Shown: positions 1-10,483 of the stretch, piece after piece
Position numbering within the stretch: position 1 is the first letter of the stretch
Layout: every line of letters begins with the position of its first letter
Source of the DNA: Candidatus Woesebacteria bacterium RIFCSPHIGHO2_01_FULL_39_32
Lineage (GTDB): Bacteria; Patescibacteriota; Microgenomatia; UBA8517
Direction of reading: 5' to 3'
Length of the DNA stretch: 64,000 nt
Assembly: GCA_001792345.1 (NCBI GenBank)
Contig: MGGJ01000001.1
Location: 217,710-281,709 of the forward strand
Translations under genes and position numbers: made by a program
Notes under the pieces: generated by a model
What the model saw: the letters and a program-made list of their open reading frames with translations, nothing else
The model's database searches: none
What the model was told of the DNA's origin: nothing

Positions 1-617
1 ACAATATTTCGAAGGAAATCATAGTTGTTAACGACGCTTCAATTGACAAAACTGCTGAGATATTAAAAGGTGTGAGAAACATTGAAGTAATTTCGCATAA
101 AAGAAATTTAGGAAAAGGAGCCGCTATAAAGACCGGTCTTAAAAAGGCAACTGGCGACTTAATTCTTGTTCAGGATGCCGATTTAGAATACAATCCTGAG
201 GATTATTCACGATTAATACGTCCAATTAGGGAGAGCAATGCAGATGTGGTGTACGGATCTAGATTAAAAAGTTTTCCACTCAGGATTAGCGGAAAAAGAA
301 AAACGCCGCTTATAACTCACTATTTGGGTAATAAATTCCTAAGCTTGGTAACAAGAATCGTGTATGGTACCGATCTGTCTGATATGGAAACGTGCTATAA
401 AGTTTTCAGAAAATCGATTATTAAGAGTATAAAATTAAGAGCAAATAGATTTGATTTTGAGCCTGAGATAACTGCGAAAATATTAAAGAAAGGATATAAG
501 ATTTACGAAGTTCCTATTAAAGTTAAACCAAGGGGTTATGACGAGGGAAAAAAGATTACATGGAAAGATGGGTTTATTGCCGTTTGGACGCTTCTTAAAT
601 ATCGCTTCATAGACTAA
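1..617 (+). CDS. Glycosyltransferase family 2 (dolichyl-phosphate sugar transferase-like), 5' end outside the window
   Basis: The reading frame is open from base 3. The upstream translation NISKEIIVVNDASIDKTAEIL is followed by a DxD region (VQDADLEYNPED), typical of GT2 DPM1/GtrB-like enzymes. The ORF track starts it only at GTG 72. Confidence 0.7.
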   Translation, partial: NISKEIIVVNDASIDKTAEILKGVRNIEVISHKRNLGKGAAIKTGLKKATGDLILVQDADLEYNPEDYSRLIRPIRESNADVVYGSRLKSFPLRISGKRKTPLITHYLGNKFLSLVTRIVYGTDLSDMETCYKVFRKSIIKSIKLRANRFDFEPEITAKILKKGYKIYEVPIKVKPRGYDEGKKITWKDGFIAVWTLLKYRFID

Positions 618-645
618 GTAATTCTTTCTTGAGATAATAATTAAT

Positions 646-1737
646 ATGAGAATTGCTATTTTGTCTTTGTATTCGGGACATATCGATAGAGGAGTGGAAA
701 CGTGGACCCGGGAAATGGCATCCAGGTTGAGAAAAAGAAAAAATGATGTTCTGGTACTTCAAGGGAGTGACGAAAAAATAAAAACCGATTATGAAGTCCA
801 AGTCGTAGATATTCAGATAATTTGGAAATATAGAGGCGGCGAGGATAACTTTTCTCAAATAATTTCCTGGTTTTATTGGTTTTCCTTGAATTTTTCTTTT
901 ACTTTAAGAAGCATACCTATTTTAGTTAAATTTAAACCGGATATTATTTTACCAACAAACGGTGGAATACAAACTCTTTTAATTAAAATAGCAAGCCTAA
1001 TTTTTGGTTGGAAAATCGTTATTACTGGCCACGCCGGAATAGGTGCACCAGAAAAATGGAACTTATTAATGAGACCTGACATTTACGTTTCTCCGAGTAT
1101 ACGGGGAAAAAATTGGACTAAGAATTTATGGTTTTCAAAGGGACTAAGAATAGAAAACATTCCTCATGGAGTGGATTTGGAAAAATTTAGCCCTGGGAAA
1201 AAAGATTTTAAGCTACCTTTAGAAAGGCCAATAATATTATGTGTTTCGTCTCTTGACCCATTTAAGCGGGTTGATTTGGTTGTAAGGGCTGTTAGTAAGT
1301 TGGAGAAGGGAAGTTTGCTAATTTTGGGTGGGGATAGGGACCAGGGCATGGTTACCGCTCTTGCTGAAAAACTTCTGGGTAGAGAGAGGTTTATGTTGAT
1401 GAAAGTTAGTCCGGCGGAAATTCCCAAATTTTATAGAAATTCAGATCTTTTCACTTTGCCTTCAAATGAATTTGAGGCCTTTGGCATAGTATATTTAGAA
1501 GCTCTTGCTTCTGGGTTGCCCGTAGTTGCTACTGATGATGCATTAAGGAAAGAGATTATAAGAGATGCAGGAATTTTGGTTAATCCTGAAGATATCGATG
1601 TATATGCCAAAGCCTTGGAAAAAGCTTTAAAGACTGATTGGGGGGACAAACCACGAAACCAAGCTAAAAAATTCTCATGGGATAAGGTTGTTAAAAAGTA
1701 TGAGAGCCTATTTCAAGAATTGACTAATAAGGTATGA
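646..1737 (+). CDS. Glycosyltransferase family 1 (GT4)
   Basis: C-terminal GT1 signature EAFGIVYLEALASGLPVVATD; length 363 aa. Confidence 0.75.
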   Translation: MRIAILSLYSGHIDRGVETWTREMASRLRKRKNDVLVLQGSDEKIKTDYEVQVVDIQIIWKYRGGEDNFSQIISWFYWFSLNFSFTLRSIPILVKFKPDIILPTNGGIQTLLIKIASLIFGWKIVITGHAGIGAPEKWNLLMRPDIYVSPSIRGKNWTKNLWFSKGLRIENIPHGVDLEKFSPGKKDFKLPLERPIILCVSSLDPFKRVDLVVRAVSKLEKGSLLILGGDRDQGMVTALAEKLLGRERFMLMKVSPAEIPKFYRNSDLFTLPSNEFEAFGIVYLEALASGLPVVATDDALRKEIIRDAGILVNPEDIDVYAKALEKALKTDWGDKPRNQAKKFSWDKVVKKYESLFQELTNKV

Positions 1738-1760
1738 ATTTTGATTTCATGTATTAATAC

Positions 1761-2534
1761 ATGAATACATATATGAAGAATAAATTAAGCGTTACAGTAA
1801 TAACTCTTAATGAAGAAAAAGACCTTACCCGATGTTTAGAATCGGTTAAGAATATTGCCGACGAGATTGTATTAGTAGATTCAGGAAGTACGGATAAAAC
1901 GGTCGATATTGCCAAAAAACTTGGAGCACAAGTCTTTTATCGAAAGTTCGACAATTATGCTAATCAGAAAAATTTTGCAGCCGAGAAATCAAATGGAGAA
2001 TGGATATTATCACTAGATGCAGATGAGGAAATTTCTCCACAACTCGCTTCCGAAATTTTGCCTGTACTGGCTCTTCACAACCAACCTGCAGCCTACACAA
2101 TACCACGGAAGAATATAATTTTCGGAAAATTTGTAAAATATTCGCGTTGGCAACCGGAATTAGACAGACATATTTGGTTATGGCGCAGAGGTAAAGGAAA
2201 ATGGGTCGGAGATGTACACGAGGAAGTGGTTGTTGAAGGTGAGGTAGGAAAGCTTAGGGACGCAAAAATCCATCACCAGTATGATACTGTTTCTGAATTT
2301 TTACAAATGATGAATCGATACTCAGAGATTGGCGCAGGGGAGATGATTAAAAAGAGAGCAAAATTTAGTTATTTTCAGTTATTTTTTCAACCTATTTATA
2401 ACTTTTTGGTTAGATACTTTTATAGATTGGGATTCTTGGATGGCTGGAGAGGGTTTATTCTTTCGTATTTAATGGCCGTATACCATCTTGAGCTTTGGAT
2501 CAAGGTTTGGGAAAGAGAAAGGAGGATTGGTTAA
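1761..2534 (+). CDS. Glycosyltransferase family 2
   Basis: N-terminal LSVTVITLNEEKDL ... DSGSTDKT and a DADE motif; 257 aa. Confidence 0.75.
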   Translation: MNTYMKNKLSVTVITLNEEKDLTRCLESVKNIADEIVLVDSGSTDKTVDIAKKLGAQVFYRKFDNYANQKNFAAEKSNGEWILSLDADEEISPQLASEILPVLALHNQPAAYTIPRKNIIFGKFVKYSRWQPELDRHIWLWRRGKGKWVGDVHEEVVVEGEVGKLRDAKIHHQYDTVSEFLQMMNRYSEIGAGEMIKKRAKFSYFQLFFQPIYNFLVRYFYRLGFLDGWRGFILSYLMAVYHLELWIKVWERERRIG

Positions 2535-4016
2535 TTGGTTAAATGGTTAATTAGGGGCGATAAAACTATTTTTTTTATTCTTTTACTTGGACTTATACTT
2601 AGACTTGTTGCAATTAATCAATCACTTTGGCTTGACGAAGCAATTGGAGCTATTGCGGCGAGAGACTTCACTTTTTCCGGAATCTTAACCGATTTTATAA
2701 AGGCGGACAATCATTCGCCTTTGTATTATTTAACGTTAAAGGCATGGACTAATATATTTGGATATTCGGAGGTATCAATTCGATTTCCATCAGTTATCTT
2801 TGGAATTCTGACTATTTATTTTGCTTACAGAATTGCCAAATTAATAATTCCGTCTGGAAAGGCCAGCTTTCCGATTATTACTTCACTTTTATTGAGTATG
2901 TCTTCGTTTCATATTTACTATTCACAAGAAGCACGGATGTATTCTATGGCAGCTTTTTTTGCAACAACTGCTTTCTATTATTTTTTCCAATTATTAAATA
3001 ACGAAGCCAGAAGGAAAGATTGGGTACTGTTTTCTGTATCGATTACAGCATTAGCATTTACTGATTACGTACCTGTTTTTCTTTTGCCTGTCTTTTGGAT
3101 TATCGTATTTAAAAAAAGAAAAGATATAAATTTTCGGAAACTTTTTCTTTTAGCCCACGCCCTTCTTGTCGTTTTGGGAATTTTGTGGCTGCCTACATTT
3201 ATAGTTCAAGCAGAAAGGGGAAATTGGTTACTTCAAACATGGCCTGCTTGGAAAAATGTAGCAGGTGGAGCAACATTGAAACAGTTGCTACTGGTTTGGA
3301 TGAAATTTGTTTTTGGAAGAATATCTCTTTCCAATAGATTACTTTACTATTCGTTGGTCGTTATGACGAGTATTCCTGTATTTCTATCTTTAATTAATTC
3401 ATGGAAAGATCGAAATAAAAACGTGGTTAGGGTTTGGTTATGGCTTATTATCCCGCTTTTATTAGGTTTTTTAGTAAGTTTTAATTTTCCCGCGTTTATC
3501 TATTTTAGATTTGTATATGTTGTTCCAGCATTTTACTTACTTATTTCATGGGGGATAGAAAAGATAAAAAACATCCGAGTTAAAAGGGTATTGTTTTTGG
3601 GGATTTTAACCTCAAATATTTTGAGTTGGTTCATCTATATTACAAATGTAAATCAACAGCGTGAGCAATGGAGGGAAGCAACGATGTTTGTGGAGAAAAA
3701 TGCGAAATCTGATGAAATAGTGATATTTGAATTTCCAGAACCTTTTGCTCCCTACCGGTGGTATTCCAAAAACTTAGTGCAGGTTAAGGGTATAACAAAT
3801 TCGATTTCGGTCGACCCAGAAAAAACCTCCGAGATTACTTCAAAAGCAATAGAAACTAAATCTGGCATTTATTATTTCGAATATTTGAGAGAGTTATCGG
3901 ATCCGAAGGATATTGTAAGAAAAACCTTGGTCGAAAAAGGCTTTATAAAAAAAGATGTTTATAATTTTCAGGGAGTCGGATTTATTGAATATTATGTTAA
4001 GGGTGAGTCACTTTAG
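2535..4016 (+). CDS. GT39/GT83-family polytopic membrane glycosyltransferase (PMT_2 / ArnT-like, lipid-linked sugar donor)
   Basis: Multi-TM protein with an LWLDEAIGA motif in the first loop, typical of ArnT/PMT-type dolichyl/undecaprenyl-phosphate-sugar transferases. Confidence 0.6.
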   Translation: MVKWLIRGDKTIFFILLLGLILRLVAINQSLWLDEAIGAIAARDFTFSGILTDFIKADNHSPLYYLTLKAWTNIFGYSEVSIRFPSVIFGILTIYFAYRIAKLIIPSGKASFPIITSLLLSMSSFHIYYSQEARMYSMAAFFATTAFYYFFQLLNNEARRKDWVLFSVSITALAFTDYVPVFLLPVFWIIVFKKRKDINFRKLFLLAHALLVVLGILWLPTFIVQAERGNWLLQTWPAWKNVAGGATLKQLLLVWMKFVFGRISLSNRLLYYSLVVMTSIPVFLSLINSWKDRNKNVVRVWLWLIIPLLLGFLVSFNFPAFIYFRFVYVVPAFYLLISWGIEKIKNIRVKRVLFLGILTSNILSWFIYITNVNQQREQWREATMFVEKNAKSDEIVIFEFPEPFAPYRWYSKNLVQVKGITNSISVDPEKTSEITSKAIETKSGIYYFEYLRELSDPKDIVRKTLVEKGFIKKDVYNFQGVGFIEYYVKGESL

Positions 4017-4044
4017 TACTTTAAAGTGCTAAAGTATTTAAGCT

Positions 4045-5403
4045 ATGTTGGGTATTAGTATTATTTTGTTTTTAATAATTATTACTCATATTTTTTTGTT
4101 AAGTAAGCTTGTATTCTTTCCTTATCCAGAGCTATTTATATACTCTTATTTAACAAAGATCGGTCTTGTACCCTACAAACAAATATTCGACCAGCATTTT
4201 CCGGGAATTATGTTTTTCCCAATAAACCTTACAACTTTGGGAATCGACACTGTTTTCGAAATGAGACTATTGCACTTTGCAATAATTTCTCTTACCCAAA
4301 TTCTTCTTTTTGTCGTAGTGAAGAAATTGTTTAACTCTAACCTCTTAGCCCTAGCTTCTAATATTTTATATTTAATTTGGCAGCCATTTTTTGAGGGATA
4401 TGTACTTTGGATAGACTCTTTCATCCCGCTATTTCTTCTGCCCGCGCTTTATTTTTTAGTAAGTAAAAAAAGCAATAAAAGTATATTACTTTCAGGCCTT
4501 TTTTTGGGAACTGCGCTCTTATTTAAGCAGGTCGCAGCACCGCTTATTTTCATGACTTTTTTATTTCTAATTCTTACAAATAAACCCTTGAAGAAAAATT
4601 TGTCCTTCTTGTTGGGTTTAGCAGTTCCAATTCTGATCTTGGTTCTCTTCGTTACCTATAAAAACATTTGGGAGGATTTTATATACTGGAGCGTAACTTT
4701 TAATCTAACAACTTTTGCAGAAATGGGAAGTAAATTACCGGACCTTTTCGGATTTATTAAAGTATTGCCTTTATTTGCAGTCAGCTTTGTTTTTCTAGCT
4801 TTAACCTACTTCAAGAAAAAATCTACTGAAATTCTAATGATTACGTTTTTTATCATAGGATCTTTGGTATTTTCATTTGCCCGTTTTGACTATATTCATT
4901 TGCAGCCTGCCGTCCCATTTGCCATTATTGGTATAGTTTTAGGATTGAAGGAGTTACAGAAAAAGAATATACATTATTATCTCGGTTTATACCTTCTATT
5001 TTCGATATTGTTTATAATTCCATTTTATAAAGCTAGCTTTGGAGATAAAGTTCTTTTCTTCGGAGATAATGAAGAAAAGATTAGCAATGCTGTTTTGAGA
5101 TATGTGAATTCGGGAAACAGTGTGTTTGCCTTTGGGACAACTCCACACCTTTATTATTTAACTAAAACACGTCCACCGGGAAACGTCTTTGTTTTTCAAT
5201 TTCCCTGGTTTATGGTAGAAGCCGAAGAAAAAATTTTACAAGGTATAATTACTGATCCCCCAGAAATTATTGTAAGAGATAAAAACGCAGAAGTAGAAAA
5301 TATGAATTTGGTCAAGTATATGCCTAAAATAAAAGCTCATATTGATCGGTATTATAAAGTTGTAGATAAGATTGATGGAACTGAAATAATGGTCAAAAAT
5401 TAA
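4045..5403 (+). CDS. Polytopic integral membrane protein, possibly another lipid-linked glycosyltransferase
   Basis: 452 aa with at least 10 hydrophobic segments, located inside the GT locus. No diagnostic motif recognised. Confidence 0.4.
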   Translation: MLGISIILFLIIITHIFLLSKLVFFPYPELFIYSYLTKIGLVPYKQIFDQHFPGIMFFPINLTTLGIDTVFEMRLLHFAIISLTQILLFVVVKKLFNSNLLALASNILYLIWQPFFEGYVLWIDSFIPLFLLPALYFLVSKKSNKSILLSGLFLGTALLFKQVAAPLIFMTFLFLILTNKPLKKNLSFLLGLAVPILILVLFVTYKNIWEDFIYWSVTFNLTTFAEMGSKLPDLFGFIKVLPLFAVSFVFLALTYFKKKSTEILMITFFIIGSLVFSFARFDYIHLQPAVPFAIIGIVLGLKELQKKNIHYYLGLYLLFSILFIIPFYKASFGDKVLFFGDNEEKISNAVLRYVNSGNSVFAFGTTPHLYYLTKTRPPGNVFVFQFPWFMVEAEEKILQGIITDPPEIIVRDKNAEVENMNLVKYMPKIKAHIDRYYKVVDKIDGTEIMVKN

Positions 5404-5406
5404 CTC

Positions 5407-6489
5407 ATGAAAATTGCAATTGACATCTCTTCAGTAATTTACGGTACCGGTGTATCGGTTTACACAAAAAATCTTGTCAAAAATATATTGAAAATTGATC
5501 ACAATAACGACTATATTTTATTCGGCGGTTCTCTTCGAAGAAATCTTGAGTTGAAGTCATTTCTATCTACCTTTAAAGGTAAGAGTATGCAAGGTAAAGT
5601 TTTTCTTTTGCCTCCGACTCTTGCGGATATTATTTGGAATAAACTACACATAATAAATATCGAGAAATTAATAGGAAAAGTTGATGTTTTCCATTCATCT
5701 GATTGGTCACAACCTCCCTCAAAAGCTTTTAATGTAACAACTGTTCATGATCTGGTACCCTTAAAATTTCCAAAGCTGTCTGATCCTAAAATAGTATTAA
5801 CGCACCAAGCACGCATGAATTGGGTCATTAAAGAAGTAAAGAGAGTTATTGTTCCTTCCATTGCAACAGCTACTGATGTCGAGGAGCTCGGAATAGAAAG
5901 TAAAAAAATAAGAGTTATACCTGAATCTGTTGATCCTCGAATAAAGCCCACGAATCTAAATGAAATTAAGAACCTGAAAAGAAAATACCGAATTTCAGGT
6001 AAGTATCTATTAGCGGTAGGGGCAAATCCGCGTAAGAACACAGAAAATATTATTTCAGCCTATGAAAAAATCAAGGCGGATACTAATTTAAGATTAGTCA
6101 TAATCGGTTATTCTCATATGAAAGTGAAAGATATTCGTGGTGTTATATATCCGGGGCATATTCCTGATAATGAGTTGGCAACGTTCTACTCCGGCGCAGA
6201 AACTTTGGTTTATCCCTCCTTTTACGAAGGTTTTGGTATTCCAATTTTAGAAGCCTTTGTATGTAAACTGCCCGTGGTTACGTCAAATATAGGAAGTATG
6301 GTGGAAGTTGCAGGAAAAGCAGCAATTTTGGTTGATCCTTATGATGCCGATTCTATAGCTGAAGGAATTTTAGACGCTCTAAAAAACAAAGAAAAACTTG
6401 TAAAGTTAGGTTTAAAACGAGCTAAGCAGTTCTCTTGGGAAAAAACTGCTAAAGAAACTTTGAAAGTTTATAACGAAGTTAGAGAATGA
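5407..6489 (+). CDS. Glycosyltransferase family 1 (GT4)
   Basis: YPSFYEGFGIPILEAFVCKLPVVTSN signature. Confidence 0.75.
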   Translation: MKIAIDISSVIYGTGVSVYTKNLVKNILKIDHNNDYILFGGSLRRNLELKSFLSTFKGKSMQGKVFLLPPTLADIIWNKLHIINIEKLIGKVDVFHSSDWSQPPSKAFNVTTVHDLVPLKFPKLSDPKIVLTHQARMNWVIKEVKRVIVPSIATATDVEELGIESKKIRVIPESVDPRIKPTNLNEIKNLKRKYRISGKYLLAVGANPRKNTENIISAYEKIKADTNLRLVIIGYSHMKVKDIRGVIYPGHIPDNELATFYSGAETLVYPSFYEGFGIPILEAFVCKLPVVTSNIGSMVEVAGKAAILVDPYDADSIAEGILDALKNKEKLVKLGLKRAKQFSWEKTAKETLKVYNEVRE

Positions 6490-6524
6490 TGAAGTTAAAT
6501 TCTAGTTTGGATTGAATATTTTCT

Positions 6525-7142
6525 TTGTCAGACTTTCTTTTGTTAAAAGAAAGTCTGAAGATAAGTATGGCACACAACAATCAGGAAATTGAGTTAAAAC
6601 TTCCACTGACCAGAGAGCAGTTTGATAAAGTAAGCAAAAAACTCCAAAAGATTGCTAAATTTGTTAAATTTTGTCATCAGATAGATGACTATTTCACCCC
6701 GACTTACAAAAGTTTTCTGCTAGCAAAATACCCTTATGAGTGGTTAAGTATCAGAAAAAGGAATGGAAAAGTGGTGTTAAATTACAAGCATTGGTATCCC
6801 GAAAACGCTAAATATACAACTCATTGTGACGAGTATGATACAGAGGTCGGGGATGTTGAGCAGCTTGAGAAGATTCTGGCGGCTCTAAGTTTCAGAAATT
6901 TAGTAACGTTTGAGAAGAAAAGGAGCGTATTTTTATACCAAAATAGCCTTGAAATTGCTTTAGATGAGGTTAAAGAGCTAGGATTTTTTATTGAAGTCGA
7001 AACAATGAAAGACTTCGGAAGCGTAGAGGAAGCAAGACGTGAGATCATTAAATTTACTAAAACTTTAGATCTTTTAGGAACAAGGACTGTCCCGGGAGGT
7101 TACGCCGCTGCATTAATGAGACAAAAAGGATTAGTTAAATAA
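6525..7142 (+). CDS. CYTH-domain protein (class IV adenylyl cyclase / triphosphatase fold)
   Basis: N-terminal EIELKL motif and C-terminal acidic FFIEVE strand, characteristic of CYTH triphosphate tunnel proteins. Confidence 0.45.
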   Translation: MSDFLLLKESLKISMAHNNQEIELKLPLTREQFDKVSKKLQKIAKFVKFCHQIDDYFTPTYKSFLLAKYPYEWLSIRKRNGKVVLNYKHWYPENAKYTTHCDEYDTEVGDVEQLEKILAALSFRNLVTFEKKRSVFLYQNSLEIALDEVKELGFFIEVETMKDFGSVEEARREIIKFTKTLDLLGTRTVPGGYAAALMRQKGLVK

Positions 7143-7210
7143 TCCTCACCATTTTATTGCATTCAACATCTCTTCACTCTACAATTTGGGTAGCATTTAG
7201 GTAAAAACTT

Positions 7211-8347
7211 ATGATTATCGGTATTGATGGTAACGAAGCAAACGTTAAAGAGAAAGCCGGAGTACATACTTACGCGTTAGAAATTCTTTGGGGTTTGTAC
7301 AAACTACAGGATAACAAAAATACACACAATAAGTTTTTTATTTATCTAAAAAAAGCCCCAAATTCGGATTTACCTAAAGAAAATTCTTACTGGAAGTATA
7401 AAGTTATACCGGGGAGCGGTCTATGGGTGCTAAGAAATTTAATGCCAACCCTTTTAAAAACTGAAAGATTGGATGTTTTCTTTACTCCGGGGCACTATTT
7501 GCCGTTTTTCAGTAGATGTCCTAAAGTATTTACAATACACGATCTTGGATACCTCAAATTTTCGGGACAATTCAAAAAAAATGACTTTTGGCAATTAAAA
7601 TACTGGAGTGCCATTTCCATAATTATATCAAAATATATCATTTGTCCCTCCGTATCTACAGAAAGTGACATTGTACGACACTATCCTTTTGCTCGTAAGA
7701 AAGTTAAAGTTATATACCACGGATATAATAAAGAAAAATTTAATATACAAATTTCAGAAAATTTTGTGCGACGAGTTAGGGAGAAATATAGGATTCCCGA
7801 AAATTACTTGCTTTTTCTCTCAACTCTAAAGCCTAGCAAGAACATCGAGAATTTATTGGGAGCTTACGAGTTGTTAAAAAGTAAAAGACGAACGTTGAAC
7901 GTTAAGTTAGTTATAGCCGGAAAAAAAGGCTGGATGTTTGACTCAATTTTTGAAAAAGTAAAGGAACTGGGACTGGAAAAAGATGTAATTTTTACAGACT
8001 ACGTCCAAGAAAACGACAAACCAGCGTTAATAAAGGGTGCAAAATTATTTGTACTTCCCTCTTTTTGGGAAGGGTTTGGGATTGATGTTCTTGAAGCTAT
8101 GGCTTGTGGAGTAGTAGTGGTTGTAAGTAAGGTCGCGAGTCTGCCTGAAGTTGTAGGAGATGCAGGATTATACGTCGATCCGTATAATATAGAAAGTATC
8201 GCCGAAGCAGTTGAGAGAGTGCTTACTATGAGCAGTGACGAATACACTAAATTGATAAGAAAAGGCCTTAAACAAGCCCAAAAGTTTATCTGGAAAAAAG
8301 CAGCACGGGAAACATTGGAAGTTTTAGAATTAGCTTCCAGAAGATAG
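7211..8347 (+). CDS. Glycosyltransferase family 1 (GT4)
   Basis: LPSFWEGFGIDVLEAMACGVVVV signature. Confidence 0.75.
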   Translation: MIIGIDGNEANVKEKAGVHTYALEILWGLYKLQDNKNTHNKFFIYLKKAPNSDLPKENSYWKYKVIPGSGLWVLRNLMPTLLKTERLDVFFTPGHYLPFFSRCPKVFTIHDLGYLKFSGQFKKNDFWQLKYWSAISIIISKYIICPSVSTESDIVRHYPFARKKVKVIYHGYNKEKFNIQISENFVRRVREKYRIPENYLLFLSTLKPSKNIENLLGAYELLKSKRRTLNVKLVIAGKKGWMFDSIFEKVKELGLEKDVIFTDYVQENDKPALIKGAKLFVLPSFWEGFGIDVLEAMACGVVVVVSKVASLPEVVGDAGLYVDPYNIESIAEAVERVLTMSSDEYTKLIRKGLKQAQKFIWKKAARETLEVLELASRR

Positions 8348-8352
8348 TCTGA

Positions 8353-9000
8353 ATGAGTATGTTATATAAAGAAAATATAAAGGTTAGTACTAAAGGAGTT
8401 GTCTTTACAGATAAGCATGGTCGAGAATTATCTTTAAACGAGGCACTTAAAAAGATATCAGCAAGAATCTACAATTGGTATTTGGACTTTAAACTCTTTT
8501 TAATCCATTTAGTAAGCCTCCATGTTCCCTTTTATAGCATCAGAAAGTTATTTTTTGTTATATCGGGTGTGAAAATAGGCAGTGGATCTACAATACATAT
8601 GGGTTGTAGATTTTTTGAACCTAGAAAAATAGTAATTGGCAAGGATTCGAAAATTGGTAACAATGCTTTTTTGGACGGGAGGGCACAGCTTACGATAGGA
8701 GATCATGTAGACATTGCTTCGCAAGTACTCATTTATAATTCTGAACATGATTTGGATGATCCTGAGTTTAAAGCAATAGAGCAGCCCGTAGAGATTGGTG
8801 ATTATGTTTTTATCGGACCCAGGGTGGTAATTTTACCCGGAGTTAAGATCGGAAAAGGAGCAGTTATCGCAGCTTCTGCAGTTGTGACAAAGGATGTTCC
8901 TGAATTTACTATTGTGGGTGGGGTTCCTGCTAAGGAAATAGGAGAAAGAAGAAACAATAATTTAGTCTATAAGCTTGGCAGAGCAAGGCTATTTCAGTAG
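8353..9000 (+). CDS. Left-handed beta-helix (hexapeptide) acyl/acetyltransferase, WcaF-like
   Basis: Repeated [LIV]G-x4 hexapeptides (IGKDSKIGNNAFLDGRAQLTIGDHVDI...) and a C-terminal GGVPAK motif. Confidence 0.7.
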   Translation: MSMLYKENIKVSTKGVVFTDKHGRELSLNEALKKISARIYNWYLDFKLFLIHLVSLHVPFYSIRKLFFVISGVKIGSGSTIHMGCRFFEPRKIVIGKDSKIGNNAFLDGRAQLTIGDHVDIASQVLIYNSEHDLDDPEFKAIEQPVEIGDYVFIGPRVVILPGVKIGKGAVIAASAVVTKDVPEFTIVGGVPAKEIGERRNNNLVYKLGRARLFQ

Positions 9001-9020
9001 AAAGTATAAATAAATTACTC

Positions 9021-9584
9021 ATGAAAAACCTAGTGAAAATAATATATTTAATTTTTTCTGCTATTTTTATTACTTATTTATTATTACCCGGTTACAATTT
9101 TCCTTTTCCTCCTAACGACTCCATTCAGTCTCAAGAACCTGCTGATACGGAAGCACCCTTTCGTCGAGCTTACTTTACCAATTACACCAGATCTGAAGTT
9201 TTAAGCCATTATTCAAGTCAACTAATAAAATCTTCACTTCTTAAAGTACCATTACCTACTTATAGGTTGAATTATCCTCCTGAAGAAGCACAAACAATCA
9301 TACGCGATCAAACCAGAAGTACATTTCTGGAAGAAATTACACATCCGCTTCGTGAATCTGTGTTTATAAACGGATTCCAAGCTAAAAATGAGAAAGATAC
9401 CATCCTAATAGACGATAAAATATGGTTAGAAAAGATTACCGTACGTTTTGTTCCCAGTTCAGTGTATTTCAGATTAGTTGTGGGTCTAAGTGTTCTTTTC
9501 CTTATTCCATTAATAATTAACAGTTGGAGTTTAACACTCATCCTGCTGAAGAAAGAACTTTCACAAAAATGGAACTCTCGGTAG
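9021..9584 (+). CDS. Hypothetical membrane-anchored protein
   Basis: N-terminal TM helix; no recognisable domain. Confidence 0.35.
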   Translation: MKNLVKIIYLIFSAIFITYLLLPGYNFPFPPNDSIQSQEPADTEAPFRRAYFTNYTRSEVLSHYSSQLIKSSLLKVPLPTYRLNYPPEEAQTIIRDQTRSTFLEEITHPLRESVFINGFQAKNEKDTILIDDKIWLEKITVRFVPSSVYFRLVVGLSVLFLIPLIINSWSLTLILLKKELSQKWNSR

Positions 9585-10483
9585 TTGTTGTTAGTTTTAA
9601 TACCAAAAAGCTTTTAAAAAACTGTTTAGAGTCGGTTTTGAAGGAAACCAAAGGCTTAAATTATGAAATTATTATATTAGATAATGCATCTACCGACGAT
9701 TCGGTTGAAGAAATTAAAAAACTTCGGATAAAGTTTAAAAATATAAAACTAATATTAAACAAGGAAAACCTTGGTTTTGCGAAGGCGAATAATTTAGGAA
9801 TAAAATCAGCAAAAGGCAAATTCATCTTATTATTAAATCCGGACACCTTAATTCACGATAATTTACTTTTCGAAATGATTCGGTGGATGAAAAGACACCC
9901 AAAAGCTGGTATTATTTCCTGTTCTCTAAAAAATCCCGATAATTCGGTTCAAGGAACGGGAGGGTATTTTCCGACATTAATCAGAGTTTTATCCTGGATG
10001 ACTATTCAAGATCTACCATTTATCGATAAATTAATTACCCCGTTCCATCCATTGAAAGCTCTTTCATATCATACAGGGGAAGATTTTTATAGATTTGAAA
10101 AAGAACTGGATTGGGTGACCGGAGCGTTTTTTTTAATTCGAAAAAAAGTTATTGATGATATCGGTTATTTTGATGAAGATTATTTTATGTATACAGAGGA
10201 GGTTGACTTCTGTTTTCGTGCAAAACAGTCCGGCTGGAAAGTATATTACCTACCAAAGTGGTTTATCACCCATATTGGAGGTGCAAGCGGAAAAGCTTGG
10301 TCTTATGTAATTGCCGAATTTGAAGGAGTGAAGTTATTTTATAAAAAACACTATCCCGCTTGGCAGTATCCAATCTTGAGACTATTTCTTAAAATTGGAG
10401 CTCTGGGTAGAATTATTGTCTTTGGGGTACTTAAAGGGAAGGAGGCAGCTTTGTCCTATGCTAAAGCGTTTATGGTTGCTTGA
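9569..10483 (+). CDS. Glycosyltransferase family 2
   Basis: MELSVVVVSFNTKKLLKNCLESV ... LDNASTDDS, then DxD region. The longest ORF starts at 9524 and overlaps the previous gene, so ATG 9569 is the more likely start. Confidence 0.7.
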   Translation: MELSVVVVSFNTKKLLKNCLESVLKETKGLNYEIIILDNASTDDSVEEIKKLRIKFKNIKLILNKENLGFAKANNLGIKSAKGKFILLLNPDTLIHDNLLFEMIRWMKRHPKAGIISCSLKNPDNSVQGTGGYFPTLIRVLSWMTIQDLPFIDKLITPFHPLKALSYHTGEDFYRFEKELDWVTGAFFLIRKKVIDDIGYFDEDYFMYTEEVDFCFRAKQSGWKVYYLPKWFITHIGGASGKAWSYVIAEFEGVKLFYKKHYPAWQYPILRLFLKIGALGRIIVFGVLKGKEAALSYAKAFMVA